Shown: one piece after another, positions 1-8,195 of the stretch
Layout of the letters: every line of letters begins with the position of its first letter
Numbering within the stretch: the stretch's first letter is position 1
Assembly: GCA_964400145.1 (NCBI GenBank)
Contig: CAYNTF010000005.1
Coordinates: forward strand, 2,176-66,175
Length of the DNA: 64,000 nucleotides
Direction: 5' to 3'
Origin: an uncultured Lachnospiraceae bacterium
Lineage (GTDB): Bacteria; Bacillota; Clostridia; Christensenellales; UBA1242
Translations under genes and position numbers: made by a program
Notes under the pieces: generated by a model
Seen by the model: only the letters and a program-made list of their open reading frames with translations
What the model was told of the DNA's origin: nothing
The model's database searches: none

Positions 1-430
1 CGATTGGCGAGTTTGTTTTTCGACTGTCGTCCAAGACGAAATATATTGGGTCTATCGACAAGATTTCCATTTCATCAACATCAATTTTTTTGGAAGCCGA
101 ATTGGACAACTCATCAATCGTGCTTTGACGAATTAATTTTTTGAACCTAAAAACCGCTAGTTCTTTCACTGCGGTGACTTTGGAGAACTCCGCAGGAACT
201 CCGACATAAATTTTTCTGATTGCTTTTTTATAAACCGATTCAATTTGCGAAAAAAGGCTTTTCACAGCATCTTCCAGCAAAGACGGCTCAATAAATTCGC
301 CTTCAAAAAAGCCGGCGTATTCCACTTGTGCCCTTGCTTTTATGTTGAAAATGCCATTAATCCCCCTTTGTGCCACCACACAAGAGAGTTTTGAAGACCC
401 AATTTCAACAACAATCACATTTTCCGCCAT
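1..430 (-). CDS. ftsA: FtsA-like cell-division ATPase (actin/ASKHA fold). Only the N-terminal 143 codons are present; the gene continues past the left edge.
   Basis: The reverse complement reads without stops from ATG (428-430): MAENVIVVEIGSSKLSCVVAQRGINGIF...IYVGVPAEFSKVTAVKE...MEILSIDPIYFVLDD. It shows a phosphate-1-like VEIGSSK and an FtsA-style P..F..D segment. A GGGGAG Shine-Dalgarno lies just upstream. It is absent from the ORF track because it has no stop in the window. Confidence 0.55.
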   Translation of the reverse strand, partial: MAENVIVVEIGSSKLSCVVAQRGINGIFNIKARAQVEYAGFFEGEFIEPSLLEDAVKSLFSQIESVYKKAIRKIYVGVPAEFSKVTAVKELAVFRFKKLIRQSTIDELSNSASKKIDVDEMEILSIDPIYFVLDDSRKTNSPI

Positions 431-579
431 ACTCCCCTCATTGTTACCAATAGTTTAAAACATAAGAGCAACAAAAGTCAACAAAATTTGGCATAAAAAT
501 TTATAAAAATTAATTTTTTTTTATAAATATTCATGACAAACCTAACACTCTCACAACATCCGCTTTTCGTTTGATTTGA

Positions 580-608
580 TTGACATATATATTTTTTAAT
601 GATATAAT
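580..608 (+). promoter_or_regulatory. Consensus sigma-A promoter TTGACA-17-TATAAT abutting the sufC start codon
   Basis: TTGACA at 580-585, a 17-nt spacer, TATAAT at 603-608. The ATG at 615 lies 6 nt after the -10 box, leaving no room for a Shine-Dalgarno. Confidence 0.6.
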
Positions 609-614
609 TTGGCT

Positions 615-1331
615 ATGTTAACAATAAAAAATTTAAGTTTTGATGTCAGCGAAAAAGACAACAACAAAGATATATTAAAGGACATTTCACTGACTTTTGA
701 AAATAACAAAATCTATGCAATAACCGGCCCTAACGGAAGTGGAAAATCCACTTTGGTCAAGGTTATCATGGGCATTCTCTCGCCTTCAAATGGGAAAATT
801 CTTCTTGACGATGTTGATATCACAAATTTAAGCATCGACCAGCGTGCAAATATGGGGCTTTGCTATGCTTTTCAACAACCTGTCACCTTCAAAGGACTTA
901 AAGTGAAGGACCTGCTGGATGTCGCCTCTGGAAAAAAGAACGATGTCAACACCCTTTGCAACTATCTTTCAGTGGTCGGGCTTTGTGCAAAAGACTATAT
1001 CTTTCGACATTTGGACGACAAACTTTCTGGCGGCGAACTGAAAAGGATTGAACTTGCCATGGCATTGGCAAGAGATGGAAAGGTGAATATTTTTGATGAA
1101 CCAGAAGCTGGCATCGACCTTTGGAGTTTTGACAATTTGACGGACATATTCAAAAATCTTAATGGAACAAGCATAATTGTCAGCCACCAGACAAAAATTT
1201 TGGAAATTGCCGATGTTGTCATTCTTCTGCGCGAAGGAAAGGTGGAAAAAGCGGGAAAATATGCCGACATCAAACCTTACCTTCAAAAGAAAACTTGCGA
1301 CAAATTGGAGGAAGCGTATGGACAAAATTGA
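615..1331 (+). CDS. sufC: Fe-S cluster assembly ABC ATPase SufC
   Basis: Walker A GPNGSGKST, ABC signature LSGGELKR, Walker B IFDEPEAGID, H-loop VSHQ. The MLTIKNL start is typical of SufC. A SufB/D-family gene follows and overlaps it. The track's start at 609 is a TTG; I prefer the ATG at 615. Confidence 0.85.
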   Translation: MLTIKNLSFDVSEKDNNKDILKDISLTFENNKIYAITGPNGSGKSTLVKVIMGILSPSNGKILLDDVDITNLSIDQRANMGLCYAFQQPVTFKGLKVKDLLDVASGKKNDVNTLCNYLSVVGLCAKDYIFRHLDDKLSGGELKRIELAMALARDGKVNIFDEPEAGIDLWSFDNLTDIFKNLNGTSIIVSHQTKILEIADVVILLREGKVEKAGKYADIKPYLQKKTCDKLEEAYGQN

Positions 1332-2238
1332 CGAACAACTTTTGGAAAAAGTTTCCGATTTACACAAAATCGCTCTTGGCGCTTTCAATGTTCGCAAAAA
1401 CGGCGAAAGTATTGGTCGCCAAAGCACAAAAGAAATTGAAATTATTCCAAAAAAGAAGAAGAGCGGAATTGACATCTATGTTCAACCAAATGTGAAAAAC
1501 AAGGCAGTGCATATTCCTGTCATCATCACCATGGGCGGACTTAACGACCTTGTCTATAACGATTTCTATATCGGAGAAAATGCCGATGTCACCATTGTTG
1601 CTGGCTGCGGAATTCACAACAACACAAGCACAGACAGCATCCACAACGGCATTCACTCTTTCCACTTGAAGAAAAATTCGCATGTCAAATATATAGAGCG
1701 CCATGTTGGACAAGGCAATGGCAGTGGTGGAAAAATTTTGAACCCTGTCACAAAAATTTTTCAGCAAGAAGGTTCATTTATGGAAATTGAAACTCTGCAA
1801 CTTGGCGGAGTGACTTCTTCGAAAAGAGAAACCTATGCAAAACTCAAAGACGGCGCAAAACTCGTCATTCAAGAAAACATCTTGACAACAGACGACCAAA
1901 CCGCCACCACCCTTTTCAAAGTGAATTTGATTGGCAAAGGCTCAAGCGTGGAAGTGACAAGTCACAGTGTGGCAAGAGACAGGTCATTCCAAGAATTCAA
2001 GTCAAACCTTATCGGCGAAAACGAATGTTTTGGACATGTTGAGTGTGACGGAATTTTGCTGGACAATGCACGCATCATCTCCATTCCAATGATTGACGCC
2101 AAAGATTGCAATTCTTCGCTTGTTCACGAAGCAGCAATCGGCAAAATTGCCGGAGATGAACTCATCAAACTTATGACGCTTGGACTCACCGAAAAGGAAG
2201 CAGAAGACCTCATCATCAAAGGCTTTCTTCTTGGATGA
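1318..2238 (+). CDS. sufB: SufB/SufD-family Fe-S cluster scaffold protein (short, minimal-SUF type)
   Basis: ATG at 1318 is preceded by GGAGGA and overlaps the sufC stop. The sequence is beta-helix-like (GIHNNTSTDSIHNG..., ...SSLVHEAAIGKIAGDELIKLMTLGLTEKEAEDLIIKGFL), which matches the conserved SufBD C-terminus. The track ORF from 1177 is a 5' over-extension. Confidence 0.8.
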   Translation: MDKIDEQLLEKVSDLHKIALGAFNVRKNGESIGRQSTKEIEIIPKKKKSGIDIYVQPNVKNKAVHIPVIITMGGLNDLVYNDFYIGENADVTIVAGCGIHNNTSTDSIHNGIHSFHLKKNSHVKYIERHVGQGNGSGGKILNPVTKIFQQEGSFMEIETLQLGGVTSSKRETYAKLKDGAKLVIQENILTTDDQTATTLFKVNLIGKGSSVEVTSHSVARDRSFQEFKSNLIGENECFGHVECDGILLDNARIISIPMIDAKDCNSSLVHEAAIGKIAGDELIKLMTLGLTEKEAEDLIIKGFLLG

Positions 2239-2434
2239 GAAAACTCAAAATGCGTGAAAATTTTTTAGCGATTTGCAATTATCCGAAAGAATTATATAAT
2301 AGAAAAAAGGAGTTTGTATGGAAAACTTGGAAAAACATTTGATGACTTCAAATGTTTTTTTGTTTTGAAAATTTCAAATGAATGTGAAATAAATTAAAAA
2401 ATACAAAAAATAATTTGAACATTTGTGAATTTGC

Positions 2435-2465
2435 TTGACTTGGAGTTAACTCCAAGTTTTATAAT
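2435..2465 (+). promoter_or_regulatory. MerR-type promoter/operator: TTGACT, 19-bp spacer, TATAAT, with a perfect 20-bp palindrome in the spacer
   Basis: TTGACT at 2435-2440 and TATAAT at 2460-2465, separated by exactly 19 nt. ACTTGGAGTTAACTCCAAGT (2438-2457) is a perfect inverted repeat. It sits directly upstream of the MerR-family gene. Confidence 0.7.
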
Positions 2466-2488
2466 CTATTGCAGGAGGTAATATTGTA

Positions 2489-2878
2489 GTGACAATCAAA
2501 GAAGTAAGCGAAAAGTATGGTCTCAGTCAAGACACTTTGCGCTACTATGAAAAAGTCGGCATAATTCGCCCTGTCACAAGAAAAAGTGGCATTCGAGATT
2601 ATGGGCAAAAAGAACTTGACAACATTGAATTTGTGATTTGCATGCGAAGCGCTGGTCTTCCAGTTGATGTGCTGGCGGAATATATAAAACTGTTTGACAA
2701 AGGTGACGAAACAGCAGGTCAACGCAAACAACTTCTCATTGACCAAAGAGAGATTTTGAAACAAAAAATTGTTGAAATGAACAAAGCGCTTGACAAATTG
2801 AACTACAAAATTGATGTCTATTATTCTGAAATTGTTGATAAAGAAAAGGCATTGTTGAAAAAGGAGGATAATTCATGA
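2489..2878 (+). CDS. MerR-family transcriptional regulator
   Basis: N-terminal helix-turn-helix MTIKEVSEKYGLSQDTLRYYEKVGII and a coiled-coil C-terminus. GTG start with AGGAGG (2473-2478) 10 nt upstream. ATGA overlap with the next gene. Confidence 0.85.
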   Translation: MTIKEVSEKYGLSQDTLRYYEKVGIIRPVTRKSGIRDYGQKELDNIEFVICMRSAGLPVDVLAEYIKLFDKGDETAGQRKQLLIDQREILKQKIVEMNKALDKLNYKIDVYYSEIVDKEKALLKKEDNS

Positions 2879-3594
2879 AAAAACAAACAGCTGGAAGAAA
2901 AAATTTTGGCGAACTTGCACCAAAATTTGCCGAACTTAACGACGATATTCTTTTTGGAGAAGTTTGGGCAAGAGAAGACAAACTTCCATTAAAAATTCGA
3001 AGCATAGTGACAATTTCTGCACTTGTCAGCAAAGGAATTTTTGATAATTCTCTCAAATCTCACATTCAAAACGCCAAAAACAATGGCGTAAGTAAAGAAG
3101 AAATGGTGGAGATTATCACCCACCTTGCATTCTATGCCGGATGGCCAAACGCTTGGGCAACTTTTCCACTTGTGCGCGAAGTGTATGCCGACAACATTCA
3201 AACAACCACCCCACTTTTTGGGCTTGGCAAGCCAAATGAAGCATACGCAAAATATTTCATCGGAAAAAGTTATCTCAACCCGCTCAATGCAAAAGGTGTT
3301 TCAATCGCAAACGTCACATTTGAGCCAAGGTGCCGAAACAATTGGCACATTCATCACAAAGGCGGACAAATTTTGCTTTGCACTGATGGGGAAGGTTGGT
3401 ATCAAGAATGGGGAAAGCCTACGCAAAAGTTGATGCCGGGAGATGTTGTTTATATTGCCCCTGAAATCAAACATTGGCATGGAGCTGGAAAAGATGGCTG
3501 GTTTTCACATATTGCAATCGAAATTCCAGCAGTTGATGGAAGTAATGAATGGTGCGAACCAGTGACTGATGAATATTATGACAAATTGAAATAA
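2875..3594 (+). CDS. Carboxymuconolactone decarboxylase-family domain fused to a cupin domain
   Basis: N-terminal half: ...IRSIVTISALVSKG...NGVSKEEMVEIITHLAFYAGWPNA (CMD/AhpD-like). C-terminal half: NWHIHHKGGQILLCTDGEGWYQEWGKP...GDVVYIAPEIKHWHGA (cupin His motifs). Confidence 0.75.
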   Translation: MKKQTAGRKNFGELAPKFAELNDDILFGEVWAREDKLPLKIRSIVTISALVSKGIFDNSLKSHIQNAKNNGVSKEEMVEIITHLAFYAGWPNAWATFPLVREVYADNIQTTTPLFGLGKPNEAYAKYFIGKSYLNPLNAKGVSIANVTFEPRCRNNWHIHHKGGQILLCTDGEGWYQEWGKPTQKLMPGDVVYIAPEIKHWHGAGKDGWFSHIAIEIPAVDGSNEWCEPVTDEYYDKLK

Positions 3595-3696
3595 TTAAAA
3601 TAAAACAATAAAAAATCAAAATTTTATCAATTTCATCAAAAAAATCGCAAATTTTGTTAAAAATATTGAAAAAATCAATTAAAAAGGAGAATTTTT

Positions 3697-4638
3697 ATGA
3701 GTGATTACATTGCAAAATTAAGCAAAAATGTTGAAAGAAAACATGTGAGATTTAACAACCGTTATGGCATGGCCGTTGCTGGCGATTTGTATACTTCAAA
3801 AAATTTTGACGAAACAAAAAAGCATCCAGCCATTATTGTTGGCGCACCATATGGCGGTGTCAAAGAGCAAGGACCTTGCGTCTGGGCAGACGGTCTTGCG
3901 CAAAGAGGTTTTGTTGTTTTGACTTTTGACCAATCGTTTATGGGCGAAAGTTCTGGCGAACCAAGACACATTTCGTCGCCTGACATCTTTGTGGAAAATT
4001 TCAGCGCCTGTGTGGACTTTTTGGGTTTACAATCTTTTGTTGATAGAGAAAAAATTGGAGCGATTGGAATTTGTGGTTCTGGCGGGTTTGCACTCTCCGC
4101 CGCACAATGCGACACAAGAATTAAGGCTGTTGCAACAGCAAGTATGTATGACATGACCGTGGCAAGCAGACTTGGAATGAACGAAAAACAGATTGAAGAT
4201 GCAAAACAAAAAATTTCTCTTCAAAGATGGATTGATGCCGAAAATGGCTATCCAGAATATATTCCAATGTTTCCAGAAGAACCAATCAAAGAAGTTCCAA
4301 AAGATATGCCAGAGCCTGACGCAGAATGGTTTAGGTTCTATGCCGTCAAACGCGGACATCATCCAAATGCGCGTGGTGGATTTTCAACAACCAGCAACCA
4401 AGCCTTTATGAATTTCCGTTTGCTTGACTATATTGATGAAATTTCCCCTCGCCCAATTCTTTTCATTGTCGGCGACCGCGCACACTCAAAATTTTTTAGC
4501 GAACAGGCCTATGCAAAAGCAAAAAGCCCAAAAGAAATTTTTGTTGTTGAGGACGCCGAACACATCGACATATATGACCGCACGGACAGAATCCCTTTTG
4601 ATAAAGTTGAAAAATTTTTCAAAGAAAATTTGAGATAA
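3697..4638 (+). CDS. Alpha/beta hydrolase (dienelactone-hydrolase/YcjY-like)
   Basis: AAGGAG Shine-Dalgarno upstream. Nucleophile-elbow region IGAIGICGSGGFA, and a late acidic/His segment VEDAEHIDIYD. Confidence 0.7.
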   Translation: MSDYIAKLSKNVERKHVRFNNRYGMAVAGDLYTSKNFDETKKHPAIIVGAPYGGVKEQGPCVWADGLAQRGFVVLTFDQSFMGESSGEPRHISSPDIFVENFSACVDFLGLQSFVDREKIGAIGICGSGGFALSAAQCDTRIKAVATASMYDMTVASRLGMNEKQIEDAKQKISLQRWIDAENGYPEYIPMFPEEPIKEVPKDMPEPDAEWFRFYAVKRGHHPNARGGFSTTSNQAFMNFRLLDYIDEISPRPILFIVGDRAHSKFFSEQAYAKAKSPKEIFVVEDAEHIDIYDRTDRIPFDKVEKFFKENLR

Positions 4639-4747
4639 AATTTAAAACAATAATTTAAAATATTTAAAAAATTTTGGAATAAAAAAGATTTATAAACTGA
4701 AATAAAACTTAAAAATACAAAAAAATAAGTTAAATTTGATTGAAAAT

Positions 4748-4776
4748 TTGACTTATTTTTTGATTTGTTGTATATA
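4748..4776 (+). promoter_or_regulatory. Candidate promoter TTGACT-17-TATATA, 7 nt before the lipid-kinase ATG
   Basis: TTGACT at 4748-4753, 17-nt spacer, TATATA at 4771-4776, ATG at 4784. No purine-rich Shine-Dalgarno in between. Confidence 0.45.
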
Positions 4777-4783
4777 TAATTAT

Positions 4784-5677
4784 ATGGAAAAATGTTTGTT
4801 TCTTTATAATCCCAAAAGCGGAACGGGAAAAATCACAAAATATGAAAAATATATCGTGCAAAAATTGAGCGAAAAATACGACGTGGATGTCTGTTGCTCC
4901 AAGCACGCAGGTCATATCGGCGAAATTATAATCGAAAAAGGCGAAAACTTTGACCTTTTGGTTGTCGCAGGTGGTGACGGCACACTCAATGAAACGGTCA
5001 ACAGCATTGCACGATTACATAAAAAACCGATAATTGGATATATTCCAACAGGAACTGTGAATGATGTGGCACACTCGTTGGGTATTCCAAAAAACATTAA
5101 AAAAGCAACAAAAATCATTCTTAATGGCGCAGATTTCAAGCACGATATCTTCAAAATGAACGACCGTTACGGAATTTATGTTTGTTGCTCTGGACTTTTC
5201 ACCGAAACAAGTTATGCCACCAATCAAGATAAAAAGAAAAAACTTGGCAAGTTGGCATATGGGCTTTACGGCGCAAAAAACATCTTCTCCACAAGGGCAA
5301 TAAACCTTAAACTGACATATCAAGGCGGAGAAATAGACGGCAATTTTGCCATTATGCTGATTATCAATTCCAAAAATGTTGCCGGTTTTAAAGTCAATAA
5401 GCGAGCAGTTTTAAACGACGGAACTGTTGACATCGCATTAGTGAAAGCGAAAAAGTCAAAGATAACTTTGGCAGAAGTTTTCAGAGTTGGTTTTATGTTC
5501 TTGAAAGGATTGCCAAAAAAATCAAAGAAAAACATCCAAATTTTGCATCTTGACAAATTTTCTGTTTCCGTCGCTTCTGGAACAGTCATCAATCTGGACG
5601 GAGAGCGCATTGGCGACGGCAGTTTCACTTTTGAAACAATCAAAGAGGGCATAACTATCAGAGTGCCAAAAAAATAA
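4784..5677 (+). CDS. Diacylglycerol-kinase-family lipid kinase (DagK/YegS type)
   Basis: MEKCLFLYNPKSGTGK..., VVAGGDGTLNETVN, GYIPTGTVNDVAHSLGIP. The track start at 4736 (TTG) adds an implausible hydrophobic leader. Confidence 0.85.
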   Translation: MEKCLFLYNPKSGTGKITKYEKYIVQKLSEKYDVDVCCSKHAGHIGEIIIEKGENFDLLVVAGGDGTLNETVNSIARLHKKPIIGYIPTGTVNDVAHSLGIPKNIKKATKIILNGADFKHDIFKMNDRYGIYVCCSGLFTETSYATNQDKKKKLGKLAYGLYGAKNIFSTRAINLKLTYQGGEIDGNFAIMLIINSKNVAGFKVNKRAVLNDGTVDIALVKAKKSKITLAEVFRVGFMFLKGLPKKSKKNIQILHLDKFSVSVASGTVINLDGERIGDGSFTFETIKEGITIRVPKK

Positions 5678-5729
5678 ATAATTTTTCAAATTTTATATCA
5701 AAAATTGAAAAAAATAAAGATTTTTTTAA

Positions 5730-5778
5730 AAAAACTTGCATTTTTCGACTTTTCGAAGTGCAAGTTTTTATTTTTTCT
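5730..5778. terminator. Bidirectional rho-independent terminator between the lipid kinase (+) and DUF805 (-) genes
   Basis: The stem pairs ACTTGCA (5734-5740) with TGCAAGT (5759-5765), with an inner stem TTCGA/TCGAA. An A-run lies 5' and TTTTTATTTTTT lies 3'. Confidence 0.65.
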
Positions 5779-5804
5779 ATTTTTAAATTCAAAAATGAAG
5801 ATGA

Positions 5805-6170
5805 TTATGATTTGTAAAAATTTGACGGACGCGTGACAAGTTCCAAATACCATATCCACCCAAACAGCGGGAAAAGCAAAACCAAGATATATGCCCCGCT
5901 GAGCCCTATGTCGTGCATGCGCCTGATAATTAGAGAAATTGACGGCAAAAGTTCTGCCAAACAAAAAAGCGCAAACAAAACAATCATTGTTATGCTGAAA
6001 GCGTTTATAATTTCCGCAAAACAAGTCAAACTGACGATCAGCAAAAGAATCAAAGCGAGCATGAGCAACGCGTTGGCAAGCACTCCCCACCAAAACTCAC
6101 TGCGCGATGTTCTTCCTGAGAAATCCAAAGTGCGCACCCAAAACAACTTAAATCCGCTCCAAAGTTTCAT
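5805..6170 (-). CDS. DUF805-family inner-membrane protein
   Basis: ...FSGRTSRSEFWW..., several TM helices, RRMHDIGLSGAYILVLLFPLFGWIWYL (the DUF805 signature region). ATG at 6168-6170 with GGAG upstream. The track's 6176 start is a GTG two codons earlier. Confidence 0.75.
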   Translation of the reverse strand: MKLWSGFKLFWVRTLDFSGRTSRSEFWWGVLANALLMLALILLLIVSLTCFAEIINAFSITMIVLFALFCLAELLPSISLIIRRMHDIGLSGAYILVLLFPLFGWIWYLELVTRPSNFYKS

Positions 6171-6310
6171 ATCCACTCCAAACTTGACAAATTGATTATT
6201 TGCAATTTTTCGTGAATTATCAAACTTGTGTAAAAATTTTAGTAAAGTTTCAAATTTTTGCGAAATTTATAAACAGTTTGACAACGAAAAATAAATGGTT
6301 TTAAAATATA

Positions 6311-6348
6311 AAAAAATAAAAAACACCTTAACTTTTGCGGTTAAAGTG
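6311..6348 (-). terminator. Rho-independent terminator downstream of recR
   Basis: The minus-strand RNA reads CACUUUAAC-CGCAAAA-GUUAAGGUG followed by UUUUUUAUUUUUU. Hairpin at 6324-6348, U-run from 6311-6323. Confidence 0.6.
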
Positions 6349-6417
6349 AGTTTTTTCTTTGTTTTTATTGTTTTTTACAATTATTTTTCAAGATTTTTAT
6401 TCATTTGCGCCAAAAAA

Positions 6418-7011
6418 CTATATTTCCTGTCTTGAATTTAGAGCCTTTTCAAGTGTCACTTCATCGGTGAATTCAATGTCACTTCCAATCGAAATTCCCT
6501 GCGCAAGCCTTGTCACTTTCACACCCAATGGTTTCAAAAGTTTGGCAATATACATTGCTGTCGCCTCGCCTTCCACATCAGGATTGGTTGCCATAATCAC
6601 TTCTTCAACGCCATGTTTTTGAACTCGCGAAAGAAGTTCTTTGATTTTGATATCGTTTGGACCTTTGTTTTCCATTGGATTTATGCACCCAAAAAGCACA
6701 TGGTAAACCCCATCAAAACTTTTAACTTTTTCCATTGAAATGATGTCTTTCGGTTCTTGCACAACGCAAATAAGTTTCTGATTTCTTTTTTGACATATCG
6801 GGCAAATTTCTGATGCGCTGTAATTTCCACACTCTTTGCAAAGTTGAACCTTGTTCTTCACATCGATGATTGCCTTTGCAAAGTTTTCTGCTTTGTCGCG
6901 ATTGTTTTCAATGATATAAAAAGCATACCGCTGTGCTGTCTTTTTTCCAACACCCGGCAACGACCTGAAATATTCAATCAGTCTTTCAATCGGCTCTTCA
7001 AATTCACTCAT
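6418..7011 (-). CDS. recR: Recombination protein RecR
   Basis: LIEYFRSLPGVGKKTAQRYAFY (HhH), a C4 zinc finger CKECGNYSASEICPIC, and a Toprim segment VVQEPKDI...VIMATNPDVEGEATA. Confidence 0.95.
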   Translation of the reverse strand: MSEFEEPIERLIEYFRSLPGVGKKTAQRYAFYIIENNRDKAENFAKAIIDVKNKVQLCKECGNYSASEICPICQKRNQKLICVVQEPKDIISMEKVKSFDGVYHVLFGCINPMENKGPNDIKIKELLSRVQKHGVEEVIMATNPDVEGEATAMYIAKLLKPLGVKVTRLAQGISIGSDIEFTDEVTLEKALNSRQEI

Positions 7012-7030
7012 TTCGCAATCCTTTCAATTC

Positions 7031-7459
7031 TCATTCAAAACCTTTTTCCTTCAATTCTGAAATCAAAGTTTTGCTTTCAAGACTTTCAATTTCAATTCCA
7101 TATCTTAACGAAATATCTTTCAACCTTTCTTCATAAGAAACAAAGTTGCCTTGAAAATTTATATGCATATCTGCCCAATTCAATATATCCAAAAATTTGC
7201 TTTGATATGGACAGTTTGCCTTTCCGTGCCAAAAAATTTCTCGCCAAAACTTATATTTCTGTTTCTTCATGAATTCCCCTCCCACACGAGCATGCAGGTG
7301 AAATTCTTTTTCTTCCAAAAATTCATAACCAACATCATGCAAAAACCCAAGGGTGAAAAGGTTGACACATTCTTGCTCGGAAAATCCGTGCTCTTGTCCA
7401 TATTTTTTCATCAATTCTGCAACTGCAAATATATGATTTTTTCTGTTTTCATCAATCAT
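7031..7459 (-). CDS. Small HD-domain protein
   Basis: H..A........LGFLHDVGY HD motif. It sits 15 nt downstream of ybaB and 19 nt upstream of recR on the same strand. Confidence 0.6.
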   Translation of the reverse strand: MIDENRKNHIFAVAELMKKYGQEHGFSEQECVNLFTLGFLHDVGYEFLEEKEFHLHARVGGEFMKKQKYKFWREIFWHGKANCPYQSKFLDILNWADMHINFQGNFVSYEERLKDISLRYGIEIESLESKTLISELKEKGFE

Positions 7460-7474
7460 GTATCCACCAATATT

Positions 7475-7786
7475 TTACATGATGTTTGGAAGTTTGGATT
7501 GTTCGTCAGCGGTGATTTTTGATATGCAGTCGTTCACTGCGCTGACCATCAAGTCTTCCAGCATTTCAACATCGTCAGGGTCAACAACTTCTTGTTTTAT
7601 CTTCACACTTTTCACAGTTTTGTTTCCAAGCATAGTCACTTCCACCATGCCCCCGCCAACACTCGATGTATATTCTGTGTTATCAATCTCTTCACGAATT
7701 TTTTTCATATCTTCTTGCATTTTCTGTGCTTGGCGCATGAGTTGTTGCATATTTGCTCCGCCAAATCCTCCAAATCCATATCCCAT
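7475..7786 (-). CDS. ybaB: Nucleoid-associated protein YbaB/EbfC
   Basis: ...NMQQLMRQAQKMQEDMKKIREEI...SSVGGGMVEVTMLGNKTVKSVKI...DPDDVEMLEDLMVSAVND. AGGAGA Shine-Dalgarno. Conserved dnaX-ybaB-recR context. Confidence 0.9.
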   Translation of the reverse strand: MGYGFGGFGGANMQQLMRQAQKMQEDMKKIREEIDNTEYTSSVGGGMVEVTMLGNKTVKSVKIKQEVVDPDDVEMLEDLMVSAVNDCISKITADEQSKLPNIM

Positions 7787-7847
7787 TTTTTATTCTCCTT
7801 TTTTTTATTTTGTTTTTTTGTTGCATTTTCTCAACATTGTTTTGAAA

Positions 7848-8195
7848 TCAGTCTTCAATCTCCACATTGTCAAAAAAGCCTTTAAGTTTTTTTACGTCTT
7901 TTTCAATTTTTTGCTCGACACTTTCGAACTTAATCACTTCAAAGGCAAGTTCCAAACCTTGCCAACGAATTGCATTTTCGATGTCTTTACGCCCATTTTC
8001 CAAAACATCAATCAAGAAATCGTCACTTGAACGAATGATGAGTTTTCCGTCAGCAATCGTGGGGTTTGTTATGTCACCACAAGCAACATGAAGTGCAACT
8101 TTGTGGTGCTCTTTGAGATAAAGAACCACTTTTCCCCATACATTATTTGCTGAAAGTTTTGAAGGGTCTTTCTCAATTTTCAGTTTTTTTTTACT
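7848..8195 (-). CDS. dnaX: DnaX C-terminal (tau-specific-like) segment in the -1 frame relative to dnaX; probably the 3' part of dnaX reached by slippage
   Basis: The -1 frame is open from 8195: SKKKLKIEKDPSKLSANNVWGKVVLYLKEHHKVALHVACGDITNPTIADGKLIIRSSDDFLIDVLENGRKDIENAI... The track shows only the GTG-initiated 93 aa (7848-8129). Confidence 0.55.
   Translation of the reverse strand, partial: SKKKLKIEKDPSKLSANNVWGKVVLYLKEHHKVALHVACGDITNPTIADGKLIIRSSDDFLIDVLENGRKDIENAIRWQGLELAFEVIKFESVEQKIEKDVKKLKGFFDNVEIED

Noticed and set aside
969-1767. Minus-strand ORFs (168, 92 and 135 aa) inside sufC/sufB
   Set aside because: They are antisense to genes with clear ABC-ATPase and SufBD motifs, and nothing supports them.
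2318-2368. A 16-codon mini-ORF (MENLEKHLMTSNVFLF) with a perfect AAGGAG Shine-Dalgarno and an upstream TATAAT, between sufB and the MerR promoter
   Set aside because: It is too short and featureless to call. It has no obvious attenuator structure or regulatory-codon run. It could be chance in AT-rich DNA. It is only worth a glance if ribosome-profiling data exist.
5698-6195. Alternative ORFs (131 aa minus, 120 aa plus) overlapping the DUF805 gene
   Set aside because: Only the 5805-6170 frame gives a coherent multi-TM protein with the RRMHDIG DUF805 signature.
7458-8030. A 190-aa + strand ORF across ybaB and the dnaX 3' region
   Set aside because: It is antisense to well-supported genes, has a low-complexity Ser/Phe/Ile-rich translation and has no Shine-Dalgarno.
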